A stretch of 64,000 nt of DNA, taken from an uncultured Treponema sp. Its GTDB lineage: Bacteria; Spirochaetota; Spirochaetia; Treponematales; Treponemataceae. The number at the start of each line of letters is the position of its first letter. Position 1 is the stretch's first letter. Positions 18,020 to 28,500 of this stretch are shown here, in pieces. The DNA lies in assembly GCA_963547785.1 (NCBI GenBank), contig CAUUSH010000007.1, forward strand, positions 3,193-67,192, written 5' to 3'. Under the pieces are notes generated by a model. The model searched no databases and was not told the origin of the DNA. It worked only from the letters and a program-made list of their open reading frames with translations. The position numbers and the translations under genes are program-made.

Positions 18020-19152
18020 TTCCCATAGCAAGCGGAAAAGGCGGAGTAGGAAAAAGCCTTTTTGCCGCAAACCTTGCAATAGCCTTAGGTCAAACCGGCA
18101 AAAAAGTTGTGCTCGCCGACCTTGACCTCGGCGCTTCCAATTTACATTTGGTTTTAGGCATTCAGGCAAACAAAACGGGTATCGGCACCTACCTTTCAAA
18201 GGCCTCCGAATTTCAAGATATTATTATAGACACCGAATACGAAAACGTGCGGTTCATTCCCGGCGACTCGGAAATACCGGGCTTTGCGGCGCTTAAAGTA
18301 TATCAGCGCAATTCCCTTGTAAAATCTCTTTTAAAATTGGAAACCGACTTTTTAGTTTTGGATTTAGGCGCCGGCACGCATTTAGGCATTCTAGACTTTT
18401 TTCTACTTTCGCCGCAGGGAATTATTATCACCTCGCCTTCGGTTACCGCAACCCTCGACGCCTACGTGTTTTTAAAAAACACCGTATTTAGAATGATGTA
18501 CTCCTCCTTTCCCGCAAAGTCTGCAGGCGGCGTTTTTTTTGAAAACTTAAGAAACGATGTACAAAGTATGCAGCGGCTTTACATTCCAAAGCTCATAGAA
18601 GAAGCAAATAAAATCGATGCTGAGCATATGGATGTCTTTTTAAAAAAGTTTTTTCATTTTAAGCCGCGCCTTGTAATGAATATGATAGACGACCCTAAGG
18701 ATGCGGAAAAAGCCTTAAAAATAAAGAGGTCGGCAAAACAGTATTTAGGCATTGACATTGAACATTTAGGTGTTATTTATAACGATTCGGTGCAAAATAC
18801 GGCTCTTTCTTCAAGGCTGCCGGTTATCGTGTATAAGCCGGACGCAATGATTTCACAGGCAATTTACCGGATAAGCGAAAAAATCCTGCAATCGGAGGCG
18901 GAAAGTTATCAAGCAGAAGACTTTGCCGAATTTGCCGATTTTTCATTTGCCTCCGCCGGTGCCGAAGCCGAAAACGATTTTAAAACCAAGATGAATTATA
19001 TAGACGAACTTGTCGGGGGAGAAATTCTTTCGTCCGGCGAAATGAGCGAAATTATTAAGTCGCAGCAGTTTGAAATAACGGCATTGAGAAACGAAAACCT
19101 TCTTTTAAAAAATAAAATTGCAAAAGCCATCAAAGAAGGATTTAAATATTAG
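18010..19152 (+). CDS. MinD/ParA (FlhG-like) P-loop ATPase
   Basis: Deviant Walker A SGKGGVGKS; DLDLGASNL; LDLGAG. Confidence 0.85.
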   Translation: MQIIPIASGKGGVGKSLFAANLAIALGQTGKKVVLADLDLGASNLHLVLGIQANKTGIGTYLSKASEFQDIIIDTEYENVRFIPGDSEIPGFAALKVYQRNSLVKSLLKLETDFLVLDLGAGTHLGILDFFLLSPQGIIITSPSVTATLDAYVFLKNTVFRMMYSSFPAKSAGGVFFENLRNDVQSMQRLYIPKLIEEANKIDAEHMDVFLKKFFHFKPRLVMNMIDDPKDAEKALKIKRSAKQYLGIDIEHLGVIYNDSVQNTALSSRLPVIVYKPDAMISQAIYRISEKILQSEAESYQAEDFAEFADFSFASAGAEAENDFKTKMNYIDELVGGEILSSGEMSEIIKSQQFEITALRNENLLLKNKIAKAIKEGFKY

Positions 19153-19161
19153 GTTGCGTAT

Positions 19162-21357
19162 ATGGAAAAAAGAACATGGACTGTACAAAAAAATGACGAA
19201 ACCGGCAAATGGTATCTGCATTTCAGTGATGCTGTAGAACCCGACTCGGCGCCGTCTGCGGAAGAGGTTTTAGCCGAGGCTAAAAGACAGGGGCTTAAGC
19301 AAACCTCGCTGATAAGCGCTGCCGGCATAGAAAAGTATTTAAAAAAGAATGCTGCAACGGGTATTTCTCCCATCCCTCTTTTACTCGAACTAAGCCCCGA
19401 CTTTGATGCGCGCATTGTACTTAATGCGGATAAGACTGAGGCAAACCTTTATATAAGAAAGGCGGCCGAAAATCCCCGCCACGTCGATTCTGTAACCGTC
19501 GATAAGCTACTTCAACGCAGCAATATCGTCAACTTGGATATACCCAAGATAAAACAGACCGTTGCGGACTTTGAAAATTCCTTTAATATGGAATTATACA
19601 CGCTAATTGCCCAAGGTAAACCGCCGAAGCGGGCTGCCGATAAAAAGCTGATAGCTCATTTTAAACAAATTTCGGATTACGAAGCAGAGCGTCTTACCGA
19701 CCGTTTAAAAAACTGGGAATTAAGAACGCAGGATGTAGAAGATCCTACCAAAGATCAAGAATTCCCATTATCCGAAGTAAAAACTCTGGCCTTTGTTGAA
19801 AAAGGCGACACTCTTTACAAGCTTGAAGAGTCGGCGCCGGGTGAAACTGGCGTTAATGTTTATGGCGAAACCATTCCGGGCCTGCCGGGAAATGACCCGT
19901 TTTTCTTAGACCTCAGAAACATCATACAAAGTCAAAACTCGCTTACGGCAGGTGTTACCGGTCTTTTGTTTATTGCACCGACCGACAGAGGCCTTAAACT
20001 GAGAATTGTGCCCTACCGCGATGCTTCGGCCCGTGTAGCCGTAAGCCTCGATAAGATGGAAGCCTCGCTTATTTTGCAGTCGGGACTCGGCGCCGGGGAA
20101 AGACTTTCCATAAACACCATAAAAAAAGGCCTTAACGATGCAAACCTCTTGGATTCCATTCCCGATTCTAAAATAACCGAAATTATCGAAGAGGCGCGCA
20201 AAAAAAACGAAGAAGCCGAATACCCAATTCTAAAAGGCACCCCGCCGATTGCACCCAATTCGTATAAGATGAAATGGGAAGTGGAATTTAAATCCGGCTC
20301 TAACATCGCTACGGTAGAAAACGAAGACCTTATTTTAATAGCCGAACTTTTAAACGCAGGCGAAAACGGAAAAGACGTTTACGGCAATATCATTTTGCCT
20401 AAAAATGCGGAACCCGTTTCTCTGCCTACTCATGACGAAACAGTAAAATCTGAAACCAATAAAAAGATAACGAAATTTTATGCCTGCGCTTCAGGCGAAT
20501 TAAGCCGCGTTAATAACAAGCTTAGCATTTCTTCGTTAAAATCGATTCAAAGTGATATCGACGAGAAAACAGGCGATATTATCTTCCCCGGCAGTTTGGT
20601 AATCACAGGGGATATTAAAGACGGAAGAAAGGTAAAAGCCGACGGGGAGCTTTCCATCACAGGCCACGTAAACCTTGCTCTCGTTTATTCTGAAAATTCG
20701 GTAAAACTGCAAGGCGGCATCAACGGAAAAGGACGCGGCGTCGTTTGGGCAAAAAATACGGCTTCTCTTCATTATGCCGAAAATGCGCGTATTTTTTCCG
20801 GAAACGATATACGGATCACCAATTATTGTTTTAAGTGTATCGTAAAAACGAACGGGCATGTTTCTCTTGAAGGGACGCCAGGCGTGCTTTTAGGCGGAAC
20901 CATAAGCGCCGCGAAAGGCGTTTCCACACAGGACTTGGGCGCCGAAAAAACAATCCGTACCATCATCTCCTTCGGGCAAGACTATCTTATAAAAGATGAA
21001 ATTGAAGTACGCGAAAAAGAGATTGCAGAAAACAATGCTGCTCTTTCAGAAATAGAAAAAAAACTTACTTCGGGAGCATCCGAGGTAAACATAGATGAGT
21101 TGCGTAATAAAAAGGTAAAATTGATAAAGCGCAATAGTGCCTTAACCGTAAGAATCTTCAATTTAAAAGAGAACTTCGAATTCCACATTCCTTCCAAGAT
21201 AACTGTAAAAGGCACCGTTTATCCGGGCGTTGTTTTGGAAAGCCATGGAAGATATTTTGAAGTAATGGAAACAAAGCGGCACGTTTTTTTCGAATTCGAT
21301 CAAAAAAAAGGGCAGATTATGTGCCTGCCTTTAGAAGACATGCAAGAAAACGATTAA
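19162..21357 (+). CDS. FapA / DUF342 family protein
   Basis: Repeated G.DVYG modules; TGDIIFPGSLVITGDI beta-helix; VKGTVYPGV C-terminal motif. Confidence 0.8.
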   Translation: MEKRTWTVQKNDETGKWYLHFSDAVEPDSAPSAEEVLAEAKRQGLKQTSLISAAGIEKYLKKNAATGISPIPLLLELSPDFDARIVLNADKTEANLYIRKAAENPRHVDSVTVDKLLQRSNIVNLDIPKIKQTVADFENSFNMELYTLIAQGKPPKRAADKKLIAHFKQISDYEAERLTDRLKNWELRTQDVEDPTKDQEFPLSEVKTLAFVEKGDTLYKLEESAPGETGVNVYGETIPGLPGNDPFFLDLRNIIQSQNSLTAGVTGLLFIAPTDRGLKLRIVPYRDASARVAVSLDKMEASLILQSGLGAGERLSINTIKKGLNDANLLDSIPDSKITEIIEEARKKNEEAEYPILKGTPPIAPNSYKMKWEVEFKSGSNIATVENEDLILIAELLNAGENGKDVYGNIILPKNAEPVSLPTHDETVKSETNKKITKFYACASGELSRVNNKLSISSLKSIQSDIDEKTGDIIFPGSLVITGDIKDGRKVKADGELSITGHVNLALVYSENSVKLQGGINGKGRGVVWAKNTASLHYAENARIFSGNDIRITNYCFKCIVKTNGHVSLEGTPGVLLGGTISAAKGVSTQDLGAEKTIRTIISFGQDYLIKDEIEVREKEIAENNAALSEIEKKLTSGASEVNIDELRNKKVKLIKRNSALTVRIFNLKENFEFHIPSKITVKGTVYPGVVLESHGRYFEVMETKRHVFFEFDQKKGQIMCLPLEDMQEND

Positions 21358-21370
21358 AGGGAATTTAAGA

Positions 21371-22372
21371 ATGTTATTAGCAATTCAATATCCGTCTTGG
21401 CTTCATCCGGAAATTATACCGGGCTTTTTTGTGCGCTGGTACGGATTAATGTACTTTGCCGCCTTTGTAACAGCTTATGTGCTGTACGGCTATCAGGTAA
21501 GACATAAGGAATTTCTTTTGTATTCTGCAAGCTCTAAGGATATGACAAAGGAGAATGTCTCAGATATTTTTGTCTGGGGCATTGCGGGACTTTTACTGGG
21601 AGCGCGGCTTTTCGGAACCCTCGTATATAATACCAAAGAATATCTTACACAGCCTTGGCTTATTTTTCTTCCCTTCGGAAAGGATGCTTTAGGGAACTGG
21701 GTTTTTACCGGCTTTCAGGGCATATCTTACCACGGCGGTTTTGTAGGCGGCTTTATAGGCGTTTTTCTTTGGGCAAAAAAATATAAATTTAACTTTGCAG
21801 CCGCCGCCGATTTAATGGCCGTTTCCATTCCGCTTGGCTATACCTTCGGCCGGCTTGGAAATTTTGCAAACGGAGAGCTTTACGGAAGGATTACGGCAAG
21901 CCCCATCGGAATGATTTTTCCGCATACGCCGTATTCCGACCGTTTCCCGCTGTCCGAGCCTTGGGTAAGGGCCTTTGCAAAAAAAGCGGGGCTTACCGTT
22001 CAAGAAGGAGCTGCCCTCATAAACCTGCCGCGCCATCCCAGCCAGCTTTACGAGGCCTTTTTTGAAGGCATTGTGCTGTGGCTGATTTTATGGCTTATCC
22101 GCAAAAAAAAACCGTTTAACGGGTTTATGGTCTGTATGTACACACTCGGCTACGGTTTTTTTAGGTTTTTTATAGAATACTTTAGACAGCCGGATGCAAA
22201 TATAGGTTACAAAATTACAAGCGGCGGCGGAAACATCTATATTTACGAATCGTGGAAAAACATATCGGCGGGGCAGTTGTTTTGCGCCGCAATGATTGTA
22301 GGCTCCATTGCCGCGATGATTTTTCTTTATATAAAAAACAAAAAAGGCTTGCAGCAAAATAATGGAACATAA
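21371..22372 (+). CDS. lgt: Prolipoprotein diacylglyceryl transferase
   Basis: RWYGLMY, GARL, SYHGG, GRLGNFANGELYGR, RHPSQLYE and RFFIEYFRQPD motifs. Confidence 0.95.
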   Translation: MLLAIQYPSWLHPEIIPGFFVRWYGLMYFAAFVTAYVLYGYQVRHKEFLLYSASSKDMTKENVSDIFVWGIAGLLLGARLFGTLVYNTKEYLTQPWLIFLPFGKDALGNWVFTGFQGISYHGGFVGGFIGVFLWAKKYKFNFAAAADLMAVSIPLGYTFGRLGNFANGELYGRITASPIGMIFPHTPYSDRFPLSEPWVRAFAKKAGLTVQEGAALINLPRHPSQLYEAFFEGIVLWLILWLIRKKKPFNGFMVCMYTLGYGFFRFFIEYFRQPDANIGYKITSGGGNIYIYESWKNISAGQLFCAAMIVGSIAAMIFLYIKNKKGLQQNNGT

Positions 22373-24371
22373 AAAAACAGTTAATTTCGATATTGAAACC
22401 TTGGGCTTTTTTAGAATTGCAGCCTGTTCGCCTCACATTGCCGCAGCCGCCGTAGAAGAAAACACAAAGGCGGTTTTGGCCGCAGTTAAAAAGGCCGAAA
22501 AAGAAGGCGTTAATCTTATACTTTTTCCGCAGTTAGTTATTACCGGCTGTTCCTGCGGCGGACTTTTCGAACACAGCCTTTTAATAAAAAAGGCGGAAAA
22601 AACCGTCCTTCATATTGCCGAAAAAACAGCAAAACTCAATATCGTTTCGGCGGTCGGTTTTCCGTTTTTGTATAAAAACAGACTGTACAGCGCCATGGCG
22701 GTCATTGCAGGAGGCCTTCTGTACGCCATTATCCCGCTTAGACCGTCCGAAATACTTACACCCTTTTTTGACCGCTATACCGGAGAAAATACCGAAATTC
22801 CTTTTTACAAAAAAAGCGGAGCTGTAAAAGAAGCCTTACTAAAGGAAACAAAAATTCTTTTCGGCAACAAGATCATTTTTAATGCATACAAAACGGACGA
22901 TAAAAGCGGCTTTTCTTTCTCGTTTTTTCAAAACAGGACAGCAGACCTTATACTAGCTCCTTTAGCCGAACCCTCATTCACCTTTTCTTCTTCCATTTTA
23001 AAGAACGAATATAAAGAACTTTCGCGCTCAAAAAAAACGGCCGCCGTTTTTGCCAACTGCAGTGCAGGAGAATCGACTGGAGAGAATGTTTTTGCAGGCG
23101 AATGCGGCATATTCGAAAATGGAAAAGAAGCGGCCTTCTCCTCTATTTTAACAAACCCTGCGGACAGCGAAGACTTTCTCTTCGTCTTTTTCGATGTAGA
23201 TACCGAATTACTAAAAAACAAAAAACGGCATGCCCGTTTTACCGAGGACTGGCGAAATACGGAAATAGAAATTGCAGGACTTAAGCCCGCAGCTTCAATC
23301 TCGAAGGCAAAAACACTGACAGGCATTGTTCGGCAAAATCCCTTTTTACCGGACTGCGACGGTATGCATAAGCCCTTCATTTATAAAAACTTTTTTTACG
23401 AAATTATCCGTTTACAGGCAGCGGGCTTAGCAAAACGGCTTTGTCACATAGGCTGCAAAAAATGTGTTTTAGGCGTTTCAGGCGGCCTTGATTCTTCACT
23501 TGCCCTACTTGCAGTATGCTTTTGCTTTAAAAATTTACACCTTCCGGAAAAAAATATTTATGCAGTAACAATGCCCTGCTTCGGAACAACCGAACGCACT
23601 AAAACCAACGCAGCCGCCCTAGCCCGCCTTTTAGGCTGCACCATTTTGGAAATTCCTATTGCGGCCGCAGTCGAACAACATTTTGCAGACATAGGGCATG
23701 ATAAGGCGCTGCACGATACCGTTTACGAAAACACTCAGGCCCGTGAACGCACTCAAATTTTAATGGATAAGGCGAATCAAATAGGCGCCCTTATGATAGG
23801 CTCAAGTGACCTTTCGGAGGCAGCCTTGGGCTGGATGACATATTCAGGCGACCATATATCGATGTACGAGGTCAACGCTTCCATTCCAAAGACCCTTCTT
23901 AAAGGCTGCATCAGCGCCTTTACGGAAAACAAGATACTTTTTAAAGACGAAAAGAAAAATGCAAAACTGAAAACAATTTTAGAAAATATTATGAACACGC
24001 CGATCAGCCCCGAACTGCTTCCGCCTGAAAATGGGGAGATTTCACAAAAAACGGAAGTGATTATCGGCCCCTATGAACTGCACGACTTTTTTCTCTATCA
24101 TGTACTTGAAAACGGCTTTGCCCCAAAAAAAATTTATTATCTTGCCGCAAAAGCATTTAGCGGCTCAAAATATACCGGAAAAGAAATTTTAAAATGGCTT
24201 ACCGTTTTTTACCGCCGCTTTTTTTCGCAGCAATTTAAACGGGCATGCAGTCCTGAAGGAGCCGCGGTTACAGGGCTAAGCCTTTCTCCGCGGAACGGCA
24301 GACAAATTCCTTCCGACGCTTCCCCCGAAATTTGGCTTTCGGAACTTGAACTTTTAAGCAAAATAGTATAA
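22362..24371 (+). CDS. nadE: NAD+ synthetase with degenerate N-terminal nitrilase/glutaminase domain
   Basis: GVSGGLDS, ENTQARERT, DLSE.ALGW.TY.GDH, ISPEL, GPYELHDFFLY and QQFKR motifs. Confidence 0.9.
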   Translation: MEHKKTVNFDIETLGFFRIAACSPHIAAAAVEENTKAVLAAVKKAEKEGVNLILFPQLVITGCSCGGLFEHSLLIKKAEKTVLHIAEKTAKLNIVSAVGFPFLYKNRLYSAMAVIAGGLLYAIIPLRPSEILTPFFDRYTGENTEIPFYKKSGAVKEALLKETKILFGNKIIFNAYKTDDKSGFSFSFFQNRTADLILAPLAEPSFTFSSSILKNEYKELSRSKKTAAVFANCSAGESTGENVFAGECGIFENGKEAAFSSILTNPADSEDFLFVFFDVDTELLKNKKRHARFTEDWRNTEIEIAGLKPAASISKAKTLTGIVRQNPFLPDCDGMHKPFIYKNFFYEIIRLQAAGLAKRLCHIGCKKCVLGVSGGLDSSLALLAVCFCFKNLHLPEKNIYAVTMPCFGTTERTKTNAAALARLLGCTILEIPIAAAVEQHFADIGHDKALHDTVYENTQARERTQILMDKANQIGALMIGSSDLSEAALGWMTYSGDHISMYEVNASIPKTLLKGCISAFTENKILFKDEKKNAKLKTILENIMNTPISPELLPPENGEISQKTEVIIGPYELHDFFLYHVLENGFAPKKIYYLAAKAFSGSKYTGKEILKWLTVFYRRFFSQQFKRACSPEGAAVTGLSLSPRNGRQIPSDASPEIWLSELELLSKIV

Positions 24372-24381
24372 ACTTCCCTCC

Positions 24382-25005
24382 ATGCTCAACGCATTTTTGA
24401 ATTGGATAGGGAGCTATATAACTTTCCTCCCTCTTGTACTATTTATAAGCCTTTTACTCGGCGGTTTATGGCTTCCCATATCCGAAGACCTGCTCGTTGT
24501 CATGGCAGCTGTTTTATCCCAGACCGAAAAAGCTTCCATTCCGGCGTTTTTAATTGCGTTATATACAGGAGCAATGATCAGCGATTATATGATTTACTGT
24601 TGGGGGCGGCTTCTTGCACGCGGCGCCCTGTCGCTCGGCTTATTTTCAAAACTCATCACTAAAGAAAACACTATCCGTCTTTCTGTATCTTTACAAAAAC
24701 ACGGTCCTCTAACCTATATTGTGTGCAGGTTTATTCCCTTCGGCGTAAGGAATATAGTATCGGTTACAACAGGATTTGTGCGCTACCCCTTTTACAAATT
24801 TGCGATATACGATTGTCTTGCCGTCCTGTGCAATATTTCGGCATTATTCGGTTTGGTGTATTTTTTTGGTGCCAAAGGCGGAGCTGTCATGCGGACGGTC
24901 GGTATTATTTTATTTATAGGCTTTTGGATTTTAAGTATCTACCTGGTAAAGTCTGGAAAGCTTTTTAAATTTGCCGATAAAAAACTCGAAAAAAAAATCG
25001 TCTGA
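24382..25005 (+). CDS. DedA family membrane protein
   Basis: LPISED, GA.ISD..IY..GR and RFIP.GVR motifs; promoter TTGAAC-17bp-TAAACT (24346-24374) 7 nt upstream. Confidence 0.88.
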   Translation: MLNAFLNWIGSYITFLPLVLFISLLLGGLWLPISEDLLVVMAAVLSQTEKASIPAFLIALYTGAMISDYMIYCWGRLLARGALSLGLFSKLITKENTIRLSVSLQKHGPLTYIVCRFIPFGVRNIVSVTTGFVRYPFYKFAIYDCLAVLCNISALFGLVYFFGAKGGAVMRTVGIILFIGFWILSIYLVKSGKLFKFADKKLEKKIV

Positions 25006-25099
25006 TTGTTGTAAGATAACCTCTAAAAACTGCAAGCCTATCAGCTTACAAAACCAAGACTCATTATCAGCCTTACACATATTCCGTTTTTATCCATAC

Positions 25100-25127
25100 T
25101 TGACAAAAGGCCACACTGCAGTATAAT
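25100..25127 (+). promoter_or_regulatory. Consensus sigma70 promoter
   Basis: TTGACA-16bp-TATAAT; 12 nt to ATG 25140. Confidence 0.75.
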
Positions 25128-25139
25128 GCTAAGTACGCT

Positions 25140-25742
25140 ATGTCTACTAAAGATGCACGGGAAGGGCTTGTGGCCGTAGTCGACTATATTTTGAACAGCG
25201 CGGGCGAACGCGAAATAGAAGTAATCGGTGCGGCGGCGGAGCGGAGAAAACGGGAATTATCTCAAAGTTCACAGGTGCCGGTCATTGATCCGGAAAATGC
25301 GGCAAAACAAATGGCTGAGTCTATAAACAGCTCTATCGCTGCAAGCCTTGACGGGGTACGGAAGACATTTAGAAGTTTTGCAGCTGATATGCTCCAAAAA
25401 GAGGCACCTGAGCTTTCCGCCGAACAAGCGGCAATTCTTGTAGATTCGTGGATTCCGGCAAACGGCTCTTATGACGGCAAGCTTCGGCCGGTAGCCGAAA
25501 ACAAAAAGATTTCAGGTCTTCCTTCCGATGTTTTGTATAAAATGATTATTCAATTTGTTTCTTACGGCATTGGAGAAATGTCTCAAAAAGAAAACAAAGA
25601 ATTAAAGGACACGGTAGGCAATTGGACGGAAAAATACTGGGAACATTTTCCGCCTCAAATACGGACTAAAATAAAAAGCTTTATCAACGGAGAAATCACC
25701 TCAGGCGAATTTCAAAAAAATATCAAGGAGCTGATTTCTTAA
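25140..25742 (+). CDS. Hypothetical protein
   Basis: 200-aa ORF after a consensus promoter. Confidence 0.75.
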   Translation: MSTKDAREGLVAVVDYILNSAGEREIEVIGAAAERRKRELSQSSQVPVIDPENAAKQMAESINSSIAASLDGVRKTFRSFAADMLQKEAPELSAEQAAILVDSWIPANGSYDGKLRPVAENKKISGLPSDVLYKMIIQFVSYGIGEMSQKENKELKDTVGNWTEKYWEHFPPQIRTKIKSFINGEITSGEFQKNIKELIS

Positions 25743-25755
25743 TAAAGGCGGCATT

Positions 25756-26007
25756 ATGAACACCGATAAATTAAACGGATACGGTATAGTTTTTCAGGCA
25801 TCTGAACCAACCGAAAAAGAAAACGGAATAAAGCTGGAAGAAAGCGTAGATACCGTATTCGATAAAATAAGCGAAATACAAAAGCGCATTACTGCAAAAA
25901 AAATTGCGAATATGGAAGATGCACTTGAAAAACTCGAAACCGAACTTACGGAAATAATCAGCCTTCACGTAAACCGTTTTTCTGAAGACAGGGAAAACAC
26001 CGATTAA
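25756..26007 (+). CDS. Small acidic coiled-coil hypothetical protein
   Basis: 83-aa ORF in operon-like spacing. Confidence 0.6.
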   Translation: MNTDKLNGYGIVFQASEPTEKENGIKLEESVDTVFDKISEIQKRITAKKIANMEDALEKLETELTEIISLHVNRFSEDRENTD

Positions 26008-26064
26008 TACGGATGACCTGCTAAACCGTCTGTTTTCGCTGCGCTGTTTTAAGGAGAATATCCG

Positions 26065-28356
26065 GTGAAAAAAAGATTTTACCTTTTAACATTTTTTTTA
26101 TTTTTGATATGCCGCACTGTTTTACATTCCGATATTTCTTTTTTATCGGCCGATTTGAATAAAGACGGAGACATCCTTTTTTCGATTAAAACCGAAGTTT
26201 TCAATTCCTATGCATACGATACGCTTTTTTTATATTCCAAAGAAAAAAATAAAACGGAGCAGCTGACCTTTTTTGCCGAAAAAATGAATTTTTTTAAAGG
26301 CTCTAATACACTACAAATCTTAAACCGCTTCGGCATTATGCGGATAGATTTAACCTCTAATAAAGCGGAATTGCTGGAGGATTTCTCTCCATTTCCAGTG
26401 CCGAACACCTTGAATCTTCACTATTTGGATAGTATCGAAACAAGCCCCGACGGAAGATGGCTTACGATGATTGAACCCATTTCTCCGGTTTACGGAAGGC
26501 TGATTTTAATCGATACCGTTACGGAAAAGCGCCACCTTTTAAGCGAAAAGGCCGTAAGAAATTCGAACCCCGTACGTTGGGCGCCTGATTCTAAAACGCT
26601 TTTATATGAGGATAGTTCCGTTATCTATTTTGCGCGGCCTGAATGGTTTTCAGGGCACCCCCTCGATAAGCGGTACAGACGGCTTGGAGAAGGAAGTGTA
26701 AAAAACGTTCAATGGCTTTCGGCTTCGGAATTTGTTTTTTTATCGGGAAACGTTTTTTATAAAGTTAATTCAATAGAACTTTTTACCAAATCATTTTACT
26801 TTCCGCTTTTTCAAGCCGGCGAATTTATGGCGCAGCTTCCCGTAGAATTTAACGAAGCAGCCGATTTCATATCCGTATCGCCGGCCGGAAATAGTGCAGT
26901 TTTTATAAGCGCAGAAAGAAACATATATTATTTAACCCTTTCTCCAGGCAATGATTATTCCGACTCAAAAAAGGCGCCGGCAGTTCCGTATTTTCTTTTG
27001 TCTGGAAACACGGCCGGCATTTCCGTTTACTGGAAAAACAATACACCAGTACTTTTTTCTAATTCAATACTCAACGGAAAAAGCATTTTAACCGTACTGC
27101 AGCTTTCCCCTTCATCGATGCAATTTGAAAAAAAAGCAGTCTTTACAGAAGCCGCATTACTTTCCGCTTCACCCGGTTTTAAAATCGCCTTAATAAAAGA
27201 AAACGGAATGCTTTCGTTTTACGATACGGATTTGTGGATTAAGATAAACGGTTTTGATGAAGAACAAATATTTTCGTCTGTGTGGAAAGACGATTACACG
27301 TTTTTTTTGGGCGGAGAAAAAATACTTTATAAATGCGCCATAAACAAGGACGATAGTTTTTTTGATAAAAAGCAAATCGGTATAACATCGGTTACGGATT
27401 ACGGCTGGTCAAGCGGCGGGGAAAAAATACTATCAAAAACAAACAGTGGTGAAGAAATATTGGAATACACTTATTCGTATACTTGGAAAAAATCTGAGCA
27501 AAAAAAACTTTTTAAAAAAAATAATTCAAATACCGAAGACAGAATTTATATTGATGCCGGGTTAAGCTATTTTAAAAATATGATTTATATCCGCTCCTTA
27601 AAAAATTTTACTACGAACCCCCTCTTTATAGAACCGCTCCCCTTTGCTTCAAAGTTAAATAAACCGGAAACAGACTCCTACAGCAATTCTTCATCCGTTT
27701 TTGTACACGGAAACCGCAGTGGAAAAAAACAGGCAGCACTTGTCTTCGATGCAATGGATACGATGGACGGAATTGCCGAAATTTTATACATCTTAAACAA
27801 ATATGGCATAAAAGCAACTTTTTTTATAAACGGAGAAGCATTAAAACGGAACCCCGAAGCAGCAAAAGAAATTGTAAGATCAGGGCACCAATGCGGTTCG
27901 CTTTTTTTTACAGCGTGGAATTTGAATGATATAAATTACACAATTAACGAAACTTTTGTACGGCAGGGGCTTGCAAAAAATGAAGACGCTTTTTATGCCG
28001 TAACCGGAGCTGAGCTCTCGCTTATATGGCATAGTCCCGACTATATTACTTCTCAAATGATTTTAAACGCAGGCAAAAAGGCCGGCTATATCTTTATTTC
28101 TCCCGATATACGAATTCCGGATTGGATAGATGCAAAAACCGAAAACACCGTTCCGATGCTGCATAAATCTTCAATCGAAATTATCGAAGATATTTATTCT
28201 GCAATTCTTCCCGGCTCGATTATCCCGATACGGCTAGGAAAACCGAACCTAAAGAAAAAGGATTATCTTTATACTCGCTTGGAGTTTTTAATCAATGTGT
28301 TAGCCGAAGCAGGCTATTCCCTTACCGATGTTAAAACATTGATGGAATTAAATTAA
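26065..28356 (+). CDS. Exported protein with beta-propeller-like N-terminus and C-terminal polysaccharide deacetylase-like domain
   Basis: AAGGAG SD with GTG start; SPDGRW/WAPDSK repeats; ALVFD, IKATFFING and GY.L.. motifs of the NodB fold. Confidence 0.75.
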   Translation: MKKRFYLLTFFLFLICRTVLHSDISFLSADLNKDGDILFSIKTEVFNSYAYDTLFLYSKEKNKTEQLTFFAEKMNFFKGSNTLQILNRFGIMRIDLTSNKAELLEDFSPFPVPNTLNLHYLDSIETSPDGRWLTMIEPISPVYGRLILIDTVTEKRHLLSEKAVRNSNPVRWAPDSKTLLYEDSSVIYFARPEWFSGHPLDKRYRRLGEGSVKNVQWLSASEFVFLSGNVFYKVNSIELFTKSFYFPLFQAGEFMAQLPVEFNEAADFISVSPAGNSAVFISAERNIYYLTLSPGNDYSDSKKAPAVPYFLLSGNTAGISVYWKNNTPVLFSNSILNGKSILTVLQLSPSSMQFEKKAVFTEAALLSASPGFKIALIKENGMLSFYDTDLWIKINGFDEEQIFSSVWKDDYTFFLGGEKILYKCAINKDDSFFDKKQIGITSVTDYGWSSGGEKILSKTNSGEEILEYTYSYTWKKSEQKKLFKKNNSNTEDRIYIDAGLSYFKNMIYIRSLKNFTTNPLFIEPLPFASKLNKPETDSYSNSSSVFVHGNRSGKKQAALVFDAMDTMDGIAEILYILNKYGIKATFFINGEALKRNPEAAKEIVRSGHQCGSLFFTAWNLNDINYTINETFVRQGLAKNEDAFYAVTGAELSLIWHSPDYITSQMILNAGKKAGYIFISPDIRIPDWIDAKTENTVPMLHKSSIEIIEDIYSAILPGSIIPIRLGKPNLKKKDYLYTRLEFLINVLAEAGYSLTDVKTLMELN

Positions 28357-28500
28357 ACTCTATATTCGAAACTGAAAATAGATCCACTTACTCTAAATGC
28401 CAAGTTTTAGCATAAAAGATTGACACGAACCTGCCCCTACTTGACAAATTTTTAAATATATATAAACATTATGCAATAAATTTAATCGGAGGTAAAAATC

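Noticed and set aside
25015..25040. Half of a REP-like palindrome (CTCTAAAAACTG)
   Set aside because: No complementary arm; too short to support.
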